A stretch of DNA of 24,982 nucleotides from Phyllobacterium sp. (GTDB lineage Bacteria > Pseudomonadota > Alphaproteobacteria > Rhizobiales > Rhizobiaceae), in assembly GCA_031430295.1 (NCBI GenBank), contig JANPBE010000570.1:1-24982 (forward strand), written 5' to 3'. Every line of letters starts with the position of its first letter. Position 1 is the first letter of the stretch. Below the pieces are notes generated by a model. It was not told where the DNA came from. It was given only the letters and a program-made list of their open reading frames with translations, and did no database searches. Below, in pieces: positions 8,124 through 16,217 of the stretch. The position numbers were made by a program, and so were the translations under genes.

Positions 8124-8831
8124 TTATTTTGGTTGCGCCATATCGTTTAAAATCAACTTTGCAGCCTCGCTCATGTAAGCTGCGCCGGTAATCGGACGGC
8201 CAACCACCAGATGGCTTGCACCAGCGCGAATGGCAGCGCCCGGGGTCATTACGCGCTTTTGGTCGCCCTTTTCGCTACCAGCGGGCCGAATTCCGGGTGT
8301 TACAACAGCCATATCGGGTCCGACGATAGCGCGAACATAGTTAGCCTCTTCGGCTGAGCACACCACGCCGCCCATGCCGGCATCGCGGGCTTGCGCGGCC
8401 CTGCGTTTCACAAGCGTTTGCGGATCGGTATTGTATCCAGCTTCGGCCAAGTCCATCTCGTCCATAGAGGTGAGAACTGTAACGCCAAGCAAAGTCAGCG
8501 GTGAGCCTTTAGCAGCGTCCACCGCGGCACGCATGGCTTTGGGGTAGGCATGAAGTGTGAGCATCGACATGCCCATTTTGGCAATGTTTTCCACTGCCTT
8601 GGCAATGGTGTTATCAATATCTAACAACTTCATATCAAGGAATATTTTGTGGCCACTTTGGGAAAGCTCGCGGGCAAAATCGAGACCACCTGCAAATGCT
8701 AACTGATATCCGATTTTGTAGAAGTTAATGTCGCTGCCAAGCACTGAGACAATTTTCGATGCTGATTTTACATCTGGAACATCAAGAGCGACGATCAACC
8801 GGTCACGCATTTGGGAGTGAGACATTGTCAT
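8124..8831 (-). CDS. pyrF: Orotidine-5'-phosphate decarboxylase
   Basis: [19 protein letters not shown] (DxKxxDI), [21 protein letters not shown]; ATGA overlap with the upstream gene. Confidence 0.97.
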   Translation of the reverse strand: MTMSHSQMRDRLIVALDVPDVKSASKIVSVLGSDINFYKIGYQLAFAGGLDFARELSQSGHKIFLDMKLLDIDNTIAKAVENIAKMGMSMLTLHAYPKAMRAAVDAAKGSPLTLLGVTVLTSMDEMDLAEAGYNTDPQTLVKRRAAQARDAGMGGVVCSAEEANYVRAIVGPDMAVVTPGIRPAGSEKGDQKRVMTPGAAIRAGASHLVVGRPITGAAYMSEAAKLILNDMAQPK

Positions 8832-9415
8832 TTACGTTGTCCAGCAAGGAAAGCAGCGTGCTCGACAAGTGCGCGGGTCGCCTTTTGCAAATTGCCATGC
8901 ACGCGCTCGTCTTTGAAGCGGTCCATATCGTCAAAGGCATCTTGCGCGTTAGGCACAGAACATTGCTGGCTAACAACTTGAACGCCCATGTGAGCGAGAA
9001 TTGCCCGCAAATGGCTGATCGCACGAATACCAGCGAAGGTTCCCGTGGATGATGAGGCGAGCGCGGCAACCTTATCCGCATAGGGTTTTAGGGGCCGCTC
9101 ACCGTCGCGTTTCACACGGCTCACCCAATCGAGCACGTTTTTCAACAGCGGTGGAATAGAACCATTATATTCCGGTGTGGAGATGAAAAAGCCATCATGG
9201 GAAGCAAACAGGCGTGCTAACTTGATAGCGTTTTCTGGGATGCCCTTTTCGCGCTCCAAATCTTCGTCCATCAGCGGCAACGGATAGTCGATCAAGGCGA
9301 TGCGTGTCACATCGGCTTCGGCCAAACTAAGTTCCTTCATCGCCGCGTCAGCGACCTTGCCACTCCATGCGCCTATCCGGTTTGATCCGGCTAAAACAAG
9401 TATTTTCGGGCTCAT
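8828..9415 (-). CDS. NADPH-dependent FMN reductase
   Basis: [43 protein letters not shown]; GGAG RBS before ATG 9415. Confidence 0.92.
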   Translation of the reverse strand: MSPKILVLAGSNRIGAWSGKVADAAMKELSLAEADVTRIALIDYPLPLMDEDLEREKGIPENAIKLARLFASHDGFFISTPEYNGSIPPLLKNVLDWVSRVKRDGERPLKPYADKVAALASSSTGTFAGIRAISHLRAILAHMGVQVVSQQCSVPNAQDAFDDMDRFKDERVHGNLQKATRALVEHAAFLAGQRK

Positions 9416-9450
9416 GTGCACTCCGGGCCTTCGCTGCTACAGCCTATGCC

Positions 9451-10050
9451 TTAGCTTGCTAGGCGCTTATATGTCCAGATATGTGCGGGAGGAACATTGC
9501 GGAAAACAAAATCTGTCCGCGCTGCGACGAAACTTCCCGTGCCCTTCGGTACCGGCGATAGCGGGCCATAGGTAACTTGGACGATCGGACGTCCCGTTGG
9601 AATGCGATCTAACAGACTTTCAATGTAATCAACTCGCTCGCTTGGTCTGAAATTCAAAAGCGGAATGGCAGATATTACGCAGTCAAAAACAGTTCTGCTA
9701 TGCTCGCCCAGCGTTTCGTCCAGATCAAATGCGTCGCCTTCGATAACGTTCACGCATGGGAAATTATGCCGCAAACAGGCCGAGAAGTCGGCGGAATATT
9801 CGACAGCGAACAGCCGGTTTGCCGGCGTTCCGTGTTTTATTATTGCGCGGGTGATTACGCCGGTTCCCGCTCCAATTTCTAACACCGGTAGTTTTGACGC
9901 TAGATCAATGTGGCTTGCCATAGATCGTCCGGTGTAGGCGCTGGTGGGAAACGGCGTTCCAACACTTTTCGGACCGTCGATCCAGCCTTTGAAAAATCTT
10001 ACCTCGTCATCAAATTTGCTGGTCAGTTTTTTGGTGAGCGCGTGAAGCAA
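9451..10050 (-). CDS. pmtA: Phospholipid N-methyltransferase (PmtA-like), copy 2
   Basis: KFDDEVRFFKGWIDGPKSVG...PTS, SAM motif VLEIGAGTG, VQVTYGP, RNVPPA; probable TTG start at 10050 with GGAG 8 nt upstream. Confidence 0.85.
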   Translation of the reverse strand: MLHALTKKLTSKFDDEVRFFKGWIDGPKSVGTPFPTSAYTGRSMASHIDLASKLPVLEIGAGTGVITRAIIKHGTPANRLFAVEYSADFSACLRHNFPCVNVIEGDAFDLDETLGEHSRTVFDCVISAIPLLNFRPSERVDYIESLLDRIPTGRPIVQVTYGPLSPVPKGTGSFVAARTDFVFRNVPPAHIWTYKRLAS

Positions 10051-10174
10051 TATGAAAACTCCGTTTGGTTGCTCTTCCCTATGGGAAGGTTCAATCAAAA
10101 CTACAAGCTATCAGAGCCAAAATTATGTCGTTAATAAACAAAAAATTGTCGGTTTGAACATATTCAAAACGACG

Positions 10175-10771
10175 CTAGCTTATCCGCCGGTAAATCCATA
10201 ATTGTGCCGGCGGAATGTTTCGTAGCACAAAATCATAGCGTTCAAGACTAAATTTACCGGTTTTTGCGGCTACCGGTGCTTTTGGGCCATACGAAAATTG
10301 GATAAGAGGGCGACCAACCGGAATCCGGTTCAGCACATCATCTACAAATGCTATGCGCGATTCCGATGGAAAGTTAAGCAGTGGTAGCGCCGATATAGCG
10401 CAATCAAACTTCGTCTGATTTTCGTCAGCCAAAGTCTCTGCGAGGTTAAACGCATCACCCTGCACGACATTGATTGCTGGAAATTTGACACGTAATTTAT
10501 CAACAAAGTCCGCGCTATATTCAACGGCGAACACTTTGCAAGGCGCTATACCGGTGTCAAGAATTGCCTTGGTTATTGTGCCGGTGCCGGGGCCGATTTC
10601 GAGCACTGGCAGGCCGGATTTTACATCTATGACACTCGCCATGCGCCTTGCCATCGGAGCGCCCGTTGGCCAAACAGATCCGACACTTTGCGGACCATTC
10701 ATCCATGCTTTCAAAAACCCTACACCTTCAGCGAACGGACTGCGCGTGCGTTGAGCGGGGGTTTCGGTCAT
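10175..10771 (-). CDS. pmtA: Phospholipid N-methyltransferase (PmtA-like), copy 1
   Basis: FLKAWMNGPQSVGSVWPT, VLEIGPGTG, IQFSYGP, RNIPPAQLWIY; directly downstream of dnaJ as in rhizobia. Confidence 0.85.
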   Translation of the reverse strand: MTETPAQRTRSPFAEGVGFLKAWMNGPQSVGSVWPTGAPMARRMASVIDVKSGLPVLEIGPGTGTITKAILDTGIAPCKVFAVEYSADFVDKLRVKFPAINVVQGDAFNLAETLADENQTKFDCAISALPLLNFPSESRIAFVDDVLNRIPVGRPLIQFSYGPKAPVAAKTGKFSLERYDFVLRNIPPAQLWIYRRIS

Positions 10772-10835
10772 CAGCTAAACCTTAATGGATTCGTATCATT
10801 TTCCCTTGGCGGAAATCCGGTTCATTAACAAGCCG

Positions 10836-11960
10836 CTATTTGGCGAACCCGTCAAAGAACTCTTTCATGCTGGCGAAAAAGCCGCTGGATTGCGGGCTGT
10901 TTTCTTTGGAGGATAATTTTTCAAACTCCTCCAATAATTCGCGCTGGCGATGGGTCAATTTTTGCGGAGTTTCGATGTCAATCTGAATGTAGAGATCGCC
11001 CATGACAGTTTGACGAAGCACGGGCATGCCCTTGCCTTTGAGGCGGAACTGTTTGCCATATTCTGTGCCTTCGGGAACTTTGACCCGTGTTTGTGTTCCA
11101 TCCAATGTTGCCACTTCAAACTGACCGCCAAGGGCTGCGGTCGTCATCGAAATGGGGACTTTGCAATAAAGGTCCGCGCCGTCGCGCTGGAAGAAGACGT
11201 GCGGCTTGATAGAGATGAAAATATAAAGATCGCCCTGCGGCCCGCCGCGAACACCAGCTTCACCTTCGCCTGTGAGGCGGATGCGTGTGCCATCCTCGAT
11301 ACCGGCCGGAATGTTGACTGATAGGCTGCGCTCTTGGGTAATCTTGCCTTGGCCGGAGCACTTAGCGCACGGGTCTTTGATAATCTGGCCGCGGCCATTG
11401 CATGTCGGGCAAGCGCGCTCGACAGAGAAGAAACCTTGGGAGGCGCGAACACGCCCCGCCCCGCCGCACGTGTTACAAGTCGTTGGCTGCGTGCCGGGTT
11501 TTGCGCCTGTGCCGGAGCAGACATCGCAAGTAATGGACGATGGCACGCGCACTTGCGCGGTTTTGCCGGCAAATGCTTCTTCCAGCGTCACTTCCATATT
11601 CTAGCGCAGGTCCGCGCCGCGTTCACGGCCATTCGACTGACGACGGCCACGGCCGCCCATCATCTCGCCAAAAATATCTTCGAAAATATCAGCAAAACCG
11701 CCGCCGCCGCCAAAACCTTGAGCGCCGCCGCCGCCATTTTCAAACGCGGCATGGCCATAACGATCATAGGCAGCGCGTTTTTGCGGGTCCTTCAACGTCT
11801 CATAGGCTTCGTTGAGCTCTTTGAATTTGCCTTCCGCGCTGGCATCGCCCTGATTGCGGTCCGGATGATATTTCATTGCCAGCTTGCGATAAGAAGCCTT
11901 CATCGCTGCATCGTCGGCGCCTTTGGCAACGCCAAGCGTCTCGTAATAGTCAGCCTTCAT
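10836..11960 (-). pseudogene. dnaJ: Chaperone DnaJ interrupted by one in-frame TAG at 11601-11603 (nonsense allele or sequence error)
   Basis: J-domain with HPD and G/F region (11601-11960) and four CxxCxGxG repeats plus C-terminal domain (10836-11597) are in the same frame; junction reads [17 protein letters not shown] where DnaJ has GADLRYNME. Confidence 0.9.
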
Positions 11961-12016
11961 TAGTCAAATTTCCCGCAACAAATAATGTCCGCGCCAGTGG
12001 CGCTATCTTTTCGGGT

Positions 12017-12045
12017 ATTTAGGCGCTGTTGATGTGAAATGCCAG
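12017..12045 (-). promoter_or_regulatory. Candidate RpoH (sigma32)-type promoter for dnaJ: CTGGCA-N16-CCTAAAT
   Basis: 4/6 and 6/7 match to the rhizobial CTTGAA-N15-16-CCTATAT consensus with correct spacing. Confidence 0.4.
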
Positions 12046-12071
12046 TCTAACTGCGTGAAAAGTCGGTAAAA

Positions 12072-13184
12072 CTATTCCGCCGGTGCGACTGAAACCAATT
12101 GCTTTGGCTGCCCCATTGGCTTTGCAGGCTTTTTGAGCAACCAATTGGCTATCGGCTTTTCTACGAAACGATAGGACAGCATGGCAGCAACCGCTGACAT
12201 TAGCATCGGAACCAACAAAAAGGGATAGAAGCTGATAAGCCCCGACGGCTCAATAAGTCGGCGCCACAGGAAACTAATCATTATTGCCTCAAATATTGGG
12301 TGCCATAAATAGATACCAAATGAGACGTTCGACAACGGCGCGATCATGTCCAACCAAGCCGAACGCTCCGGTGCATTACGCTCACTGATGGCCGCCAAGA
12401 ACAGACCAAATGCCAATAGTATCAACGTCATATATGGCGGTACGCCATATTGCATACCAAAACAGGCGGTAATCATAGTGAGCCAAGCCGGTAGAGGCGA
12501 CTTTAGAGCCCATTGCGACCGTGCAACATACCTTGAGACAATGGCACCAATTGTGAAATCAGCAAACGCGCGATAGGCGCCCCATGTACTGGCATGCATC
12601 CACGCGTCATAGGGAAATTGCTTTGAAAGTGCCAAATATTGCAGTGCAGTCACCACCATTGCCAAGAGCAAGAAAAGGCCGGTAATTCCGGCTTTCCGGC
12701 TAAATAGAGCGATTATTGGCAGTACCAGGTAGCAAAACCACTCCGCAGACAGCGACCATGAGACATAATTGAATGTCAACGCGTCGGAGATGCCCCAAGC
12801 TTGAATAAGAAAAATATTAGAGGGAAGCTGCGACCAGTCATAACGCTCATGGCCGCCCAAGCTGCCATGGGATTGAACGAACCCGCTCGAAACAGCAAGG
12901 CCAACCAATACGAAGAAACCAGTGGTCATGATATGCAGTGGATAGAGCCGTGCAAGCCTACGGAAAAGATAGGAGCCGTACGCGGGTAGGCTCGTCATTT
13001 TATCGCTGTAGCGCGCAAAGATCAGGAAGCCCGATATCATAAAAAACATATCCAGCAGCGGCATGAGCCGCTCATACCAACGCAGCACATCTTCAAACCC
13101 TTGCGGGCCATAATGAGAAAAGTGGTATCCCATTACCAAAAAGGCGGCCAATAAGCGCCAGACACTAAAAATTCGAAATTGCAT
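12072..13184 (-). CDS. Acyltransferase-3 family membrane protein (OafA-like O-acyltransferase)
   Basis: Multi-TM; DMFFMISGFL, RRLARLYPLH, FNYVSWSLSAEW, SFGIYLWH, SYRFVEKP; start set at ATG 13184. Confidence 0.88.
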   Translation of the reverse strand: MQFRIFSVWRLLAAFLVMGYHFSHYGPQGFEDVLRWYERLMPLLDMFFMISGFLIFARYSDKMTSLPAYGSYLFRRLARLYPLHIMTTGFFVLVGLAVSSGFVQSHGSLGGHERYDWSQLPSNIFLIQAWGISDALTFNYVSWSLSAEWFCYLVLPIIALFSRKAGITGLFLLLAMVVTALQYLALSKQFPYDAWMHASTWGAYRAFADFTIGAIVSRYVARSQWALKSPLPAWLTMITACFGMQYGVPPYMTLILLAFGLFLAAISERNAPERSAWLDMIAPLSNVSFGIYLWHPIFEAIMISFLWRRLIEPSGLISFYPFLLVPMLMSAVAAMLSYRFVEKPIANWLLKKPAKPMGQPKQLVSVAPAE

Positions 13185-13253
13185 TGCCCACCCCAAAACG
13201 ACGATGAAACGCCGTGTTGTATGCGGTTTATCACGTAGCGGGATTGGATTTAT

Positions 13254-13270
13254 GTTAAACTATTTTTAAC
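13254..13270. promoter_or_regulatory. CtrA box GTTAA-ACTATTT-TTAAC (matches on both strands)
   Basis: Exact TTAA-N7-TTAAC about 70 nt upstream of the acyltransferase ATG; an extra TTAAC follows at 13272-13276. Confidence 0.7.
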
Positions 13271-13411
13271 CTTAACGGGATGGAGTGAGACTAGAGCGAG
13301 TGAGAGCTTACCCGCGCAAGCCTTTGTCTTGGCCTTGGCCATTATCGCCTGCCTTGCGATGTGCGTGAGTGCCTCGGCGCTGGATCTTTTGTGCCAAGGC
13401 TATATGGCTTA

Positions 13412-14218
13412 TCAGCCGAAGGCATAAAGCCCGGCAAGACCCGCCGCGCCGACGATAATGCGCCACCAGGCGAAGAACGCAAAGCCGTTGCGCGAGACGA
13501 AATCCAGCACCGTGCGGACAACAATCAGCGCAACAATGAAGGCACAAGCAAAGCCAATGGCGATGAGCAGACTATCGTCCATTGAGAGTTCATGACGGTT
13601 TTTGAACAGGTCCAGAGCAAACGCTCCCGCCATTGTGGGCATGGCGAGGAAGAATGAAAACTCCGCAGCCGAGCGCTTGTCTGTGCCCATCAAAAGTGAG
13701 CCGACGATGGTGGACCCGGAGCGCGATGTACCCGGAATCAGGGCCAGACATTGGAATAGGCCGATTTTGAAGCAAAGCGACAGCGGGTAATCCATAATGT
13801 CAGTATATCGCGGCTTGAAGCTCATTTTATCCACCGCCATCAAGATCAAGCCGCCCAAAATAAGCATCGTGCAGATGAGCTTTGGCGATTCAAACAGGTA
13901 GGATTTGATGAAATCGTGCATCAAAGCGCCAAGAATAGCGGCAGGCAGAAAGGCCGCCAAAACACCGAGAACAAAGCGCTGGGTGCGCTTATCACCGGGC
14001 AAATCCATCACAATTTTCAGCAAACGTTGAAAATAAACCGCCAAAATCGCCAAAATAGCGCCAAGTTGGATGAGAACCTCAAAGGTCTTGCCTGTAGAGT
14101 TAAAGCCTAGGAAATGCCCCGCCAGTAGCACATGGCCGGTTGAAGACACCGGGATAAACTCAGTCAGCCCTTCCAAAACACCCAAGATGATGGCTTCAGT
14201 AATAGTCCCAGTTGCCAT
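13412..14218 (-). CDS. uppP: Undecaprenyl-diphosphate phosphatase
   Basis: [50 protein letters not shown]. Confidence 0.97.
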   Translation of the reverse strand: MATGTITEAIILGVLEGLTEFIPVSSTGHVLLAGHFLGFNSTGKTFEVLIQLGAILAILAVYFQRLLKIVMDLPGDKRTQRFVLGVLAAFLPAAILGALMHDFIKSYLFESPKLICTMLILGGLILMAVDKMSFKPRYTDIMDYPLSLCFKIGLFQCLALIPGTSRSGSTIVGSLLMGTDKRSAAEFSFFLAMPTMAGAFALDLFKNRHELSMDDSLLIAIGFACAFIVALIVVRTVLDFVSRNGFAFFAWWRIIVGAAGLAGLYAFG

Positions 14219-14271
14219 GGTGGCTCCGTTTGATTTTATCCCGCCAATTCGGCATTTGGATATGACAGTTG

Positions 14272-14300
14272 CTTGTCAGAATCGACACTTCCCCCTATAG
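14272..14300 (+). promoter_or_regulatory. Candidate sigma70 promoter CTTGTC-N17-CTATAG for the fzlA-queG genes
   Basis: Close match to the rhizobial CTTGAC-N17-CTATAT consensus; also compatible with RpoH spacing (N16-CCTATAG). Confidence 0.5.
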
Positions 14301-14377
14301 CTGGGTAACTAACAACCTGAAACGTCATGCGGCGATTTTCGGGTATAATTCTATGTAATGTTCGCAAAATAGGCCTG

Positions 14378-15070
14378 ATGCTCACACTTTTTCACCATAT
14401 TATGTCCACAGATTCGCGTTTTGTCCGGTTGGGACTTGGCGAATATGGCGTTGAATTTGACATGGTTGAGGAAAAGCCGTGGGTGCGGCGGCGCGAATTT
14501 TTATCCATCAATCCAGCCGGCACAATTCCGGTGCTGGTAGCAGAACGAAACCAGATTATTCCCGGTGCCATGGTGGTTGCCGAGTATTTGGACGAGACCA
14601 GAGGCGCTTTGAAACGGGAACGTCGGCTTTTGGCGGAAGACCCGTTTGAACGGGTGGAAGCGCGGCGGCTTTGCGACTGGTTCTTGGGCAAAATGGAAAA
14701 TGAAGTGACGCGGCATTTGGTGCGCGAACGCATTTTCAAGCTGCTCATGACGGCCGAAGAGGGCGGCGGTGCGCCTGATAGCGCGGCAATTCGGGCGGCT
14801 AGAGCCAATATCAAGCAACATATGAAATATCTCAACTGGCTGGCCGGAACGCGCAATTGGCTGGCGGGAAGCCGCTTTTCCTATGCGGATTTGGCGGCAG
14901 GAGCGGCAATTTCCATACTCGATTACATTGGCGAGGTGGATTGGAAGGATGCGAGCGCGGCCAAGGATTGGTATGTGCGGGTGAAATCACGCCCCTCTTT
15001 CAGGCCACTTTTGGCGGACCGCGTTCGTGGCATTGCGCCGTCCTCGCACTATGCTGATCTGGACTTTTAA
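14378..15070 (+). CDS. fzlA: Glutathione S-transferase family protein, FtsZ-binding FzlA-like
   Basis: SRFVRLGLGE, INPAGTIPVL, EYLDET, WLAGSRFSYADL, VKSRPSFRPLL, C-terminal HYADLDF; position between uppP and queG. Confidence 0.78.
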   Translation: MLTLFHHIMSTDSRFVRLGLGEYGVEFDMVEEKPWVRRREFLSINPAGTIPVLVAERNQIIPGAMVVAEYLDETRGALKRERRLLAEDPFERVEARRLCDWFLGKMENEVTRHLVRERIFKLLMTAEEGGGAPDSAAIRAARANIKQHMKYLNWLAGTRNWLAGSRFSYADLAAGAAISILDYIGEVDWKDASAAKDWYVRVKSRPSFRPLLADRVRGIAPSSHYADLDF

Positions 15071-15075
15071 CCCCT

Positions 15076-16170
15076 ATGACGGGCGATCGTAAACCGCTCG
15101 AAGATGATACGAAAAGCGTGCGCCGGCCGCCCGAGATGGATGCGCGGAACGTGCGGCAAGTGCTCGAACGTGATGCGGAGGCGCACGGGTTCTGCGTTGT
15201 CGGTATCACGAGTGCAAAATCGGTTGGCGATACGCGCGACAAGCTGGCAAATTTTCTGGATCAAGGTTTCCATGGCTCGATGAGTTGGCTTGAGGAAGCC
15301 TTTGAGCGCCGCACCAATCCGAATGCGCTGTGGCCAGAAGCCAAGTCAATTATCATGCTGGCGATGAATTATGGACCGGACACCGACCCGCTGGAAAATC
15401 TTGGCAACCCCAAGGTTGGCTCTATCTCGGTTTATGCCCGCCACCGCGATTATCATGATTTGATGAAGGGGCGACTGAAGGGCATTGCCGGAAGGCTCAA
15501 GGCGAAGACTAAGCATGGGGTCAAAGTGTTTGTGGACACTGCGCCGGTGATGGAAAAACCGCTGGCCGCGAGCGCAGGGTTAGGCTGGCAGGGTAAGCAC
15601 ACAAATCTGGTCAGCCGCGAGCATGGCTCGTGGTTGTTCCTCGGGTCGATTTTTACCAGCTATGAATTTGAACCGGATAGGCCAGAGGTCGATCATTGCG
15701 GCTCTTGCCGTGCCTGCCTTGATGCCTGCCCGACCAATGCGTTTCCCGCTCCCTATCAACTGGACGCGCGGCGCTGCATTTCCTATTTGACGATTGAACA
15801 CGCCGGACCCATCCCGCACGAATTTCGCAAAGCGATAGGCAATAGGATTTATGGCTGCGATGATTGCTTGGCCGCCTGTCCGTGGAACAAGTTCGCACAA
15901 ATTTCAAAAGAGGCAAAGCTGGTGGCGCGGGACGATTTGATCGCGCCAAGTTTAGCCTCTCTCTTGGCCTTGGACGACGAGCAGTTCCGGACCCACTTTT
16001 CGCGCTCGCCGATCAAGCGCATCGGGCGCAATCAGTTCATCCGTAATGTGCTTATCGCCGCTGGTAATAGCGGGGATAAGGAGTTGGCGGGTTCCGTTCG
16101 TCAGTTGGCTAATGATGAGGATGAGGTCGTGCGCGAAGCAGCAAGCTGGGCGCTGGGTGAGCTGGGATAG
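15076..16170 (+). CDS. queG: tRNA epoxyqueuosine reductase
   Basis: ISVYARHRDYH, VDTAPVMEK, GLGWQGK, CGSCRACLDACPT, RCISYLTIE, GCDDCLAACPWN; alternative start at ATG 15136. Confidence 0.96.
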   Translation: MTGDRKPLEDDTKSVRRPPEMDARNVRQVLERDAEAHGFCVVGITSAKSVGDTRDKLANFLDQGFHGSMSWLEEAFERRTNPNALWPEAKSIIMLAMNYGPDTDPLENLGNPKVGSISVYARHRDYHDLMKGRLKGIAGRLKAKTKHGVKVFVDTAPVMEKPLAASAGLGWQGKHTNLVSREHGSWLFLGSIFTSYEFEPDRPEVDHCGSCRACLDACPTNAFPAPYQLDARRCISYLTIEHAGPIPHEFRKAIGNRIYGCDDCLAACPWNKFAQISKEAKLVARDDLIAPSLASLLALDDEQFRTHFSRSPIKRIGRNQFIRNVLIAAGNSGDKELAGSVRQLANDEDEVVREAASWALGELG

Positions 16171-16175
16171 AATGC

Positions 16176-16211
16176 TTGCCCTTCCCTTTCCACAAGGAAA
16201 GGGAAGGGCAA
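16176..16211. terminator. Perfect 16-bp hairpin TTGCCCTTCCCTTTCC-ACAA-GGAAAGGGAAGGGCAA between convergent genes (bidirectional terminator or REP-like element)
   Basis: Arms 16176-16191 and 16196-16211 are exact reverse complements. Confidence 0.7.
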
Positions 16212-16217
16212 TGTACG

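Noticed and set aside
11601-11603. Genome-wide TAG reassignment as the explanation of the dnaJ stop
   Set aside because: TAG ends rutR, gshB, pmtA copy 1, queG, glk and dnaJ itself at the expected positions.
11698-11735. GCC/CCG triplet runs as a tandem repeat
   Set aside because: They encode the normal Gly-rich G/F linker of DnaJ.
11334-11963. 209-aa plus-strand ORF over dnaJ, and other overlapping ORFs
   Set aside because: Antisense shadow typical of GC-rich conserved genes; no independent evidence.
13308-13427. Hydrophobic plus-strand frame LPAQAFVLALAIIACLAMCVSASA as a small membrane protein
   Set aside because: No start codon upstream of the hydrophobic stretch in that frame before the stop at 13236-13238, and it overlaps the uppP 3' end.
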